A stretch of DNA of 33,988 bases. Source: Octopus bimaculoides (taxonomy: Eukaryota). The stretch lies in assembly GCF_001194135.2 (NCBI RefSeq), contig NC_068985.1:61603836-61637823 (forward strand), in the 5' to 3' direction. Below, one piece after another: positions 33,127 to 33,988 of this stretch; positions within the stretch are counted from its first letter, which is position 1; each line of letters starts with the position of its first letter. A model generated the notes under the pieces. The model was given only the letters and a program-made list of their open reading frames with translations. It was not told where the DNA came from and searched no databases. Made by a program: the position numbers and the translations under genes.

Positions 33127-33885
33127 AAAGATAGATATGACTAGTTTACGGGGTTACTCTGGATTTCACGTCCATAAAGCGCTTAGCTTTTTCAGCGTTT
33201 CTTCAGACTCCAGGCCTGATGTCTCATACACTAGTATTAACGCTACCGGTGCCAGTACAAACACAAACACCAACATCAACAGCACCAGCACAACCAACAG
33301 CGGTAGTAGCAGCGTCAACATCAACAGAAACAACATTGCCAACACCCGCATATCGGATGTTCCGGGAACACGTTCAAGCAACGCCTCTCCAACCACAGAT
33401 CCTCTTTCAGGATCCCGGAAACGAGATACTCTACGTCCTTAACCAGCCATATATGGCCGCTAAAAGACGACGGACTCCACACGTAATATCAGGAAAGAAC
33501 GTAGAAAATTCAGGCCTCTACATAAATAGGACCAAGCGTTGTAAACTATGCATAACCGAACTGACGGCGATAGTAAAGGACTCCTTCGACCCGGAGAAAA
33601 TCCTTAACTCCGAGACGGAAGTCTTCAGACCCTGCTTGCATTTTAGAAAATCTCTGCTGTCGTCCTGGTATCCACAGGGTATCCACAGGGTCAATTACGA
33701 ATAACAGTCAAAGGGAGACAATCCTTTGTCGACATTGAGTAACGAAGTCGTTTCCTCCCCCGTTTTCTAGATAAGCCACTTACAAGAGAGTCCATAGGCC
33801 AAGGGTTTGAAGAAACGTTGTAAATCTAAGCGCTTTGTGGACGTAAAACCCAGGGTAACCCCATATACCGGTCATATCTATCTTT
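33127..33885 (+). mobile_element. Penelope-like 3' fragment with ~90-bp inverted terminal arms
   Basis: 33480-33704 encodes YINRTKRCKLCITE...ILNSETEVFRPCLHFRK, a PLE GIY-YIG C-terminus. 33127-33217 is an inverted copy of 33796-33885. Confidence 0.75.
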
Positions 33886-33946
33886 ATATACTCTACTGCT
33901 CTATAACTTAAAGTGTGCTCCTTTTTCGGATTTATGATTTACTGAC

Positions 33947-33949
<3 letters not shown>

Positions 33950-33986
<37 letters not shown>
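33950..33986. repeat. (TA)n microsatellite
   Basis: Seen directly. Confidence 0.97.

Positions 33987-33988
<2 letters not shown>

Noticed and set aside
33219-33480. N-terminal Thr/Pro-rich part of the 161-aa ORF as a novel protein fused to GIY-YIG
   Set aside because: Low-complexity sequence open in several frames with no convincing start. Only the C-terminal part has PLE motifs.
33780-33830. GAAAC-GTT-GTA motif in the PLE arm as a hammerhead half
   Set aside because: No CUGANGA upstream in either arm and no consistent stem I or II.

Overview
AT-rich, microsatellite-dense draft eukaryotic scaffold with 11 N-gaps. The SINE and low-complexity content looks like a cephalopod (Octopus-type) genome, which is an inference from repeat families, not a database match. 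About 1 kb is convincingly host-coding: an ORF on the minus strand (1058-2023, 321 aa) with a signal-peptide-like N-terminus, an acidic block and a very basic, repeat-containing C-terminus that I cannot assign to a family. Nearly everything else recognisable is decayed mobile DNA: two mariner copies, an internally deleted Tc1, three Penelope-like pieces, five or six fragments of restriction-like-endonuclease (R4/Dong, NeSL/Hero-type) non-LTR retrotransposons, a CR1-like 3' end, two tRNA-derived SINE families and probable Helitron ends. The most interesting unexplained signals are the orphan secreted cationic protein, hammerhead-ribozyme-like core motifs in a duplicated ~270-bp element, several long inverted repeats, and a co-oriented R4-RT/Penelope-RT junction. 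No prokaryotic features, CRISPR array, rRNA or genuine tRNA gene are supported. All homology calls are from motif recognition by eye.
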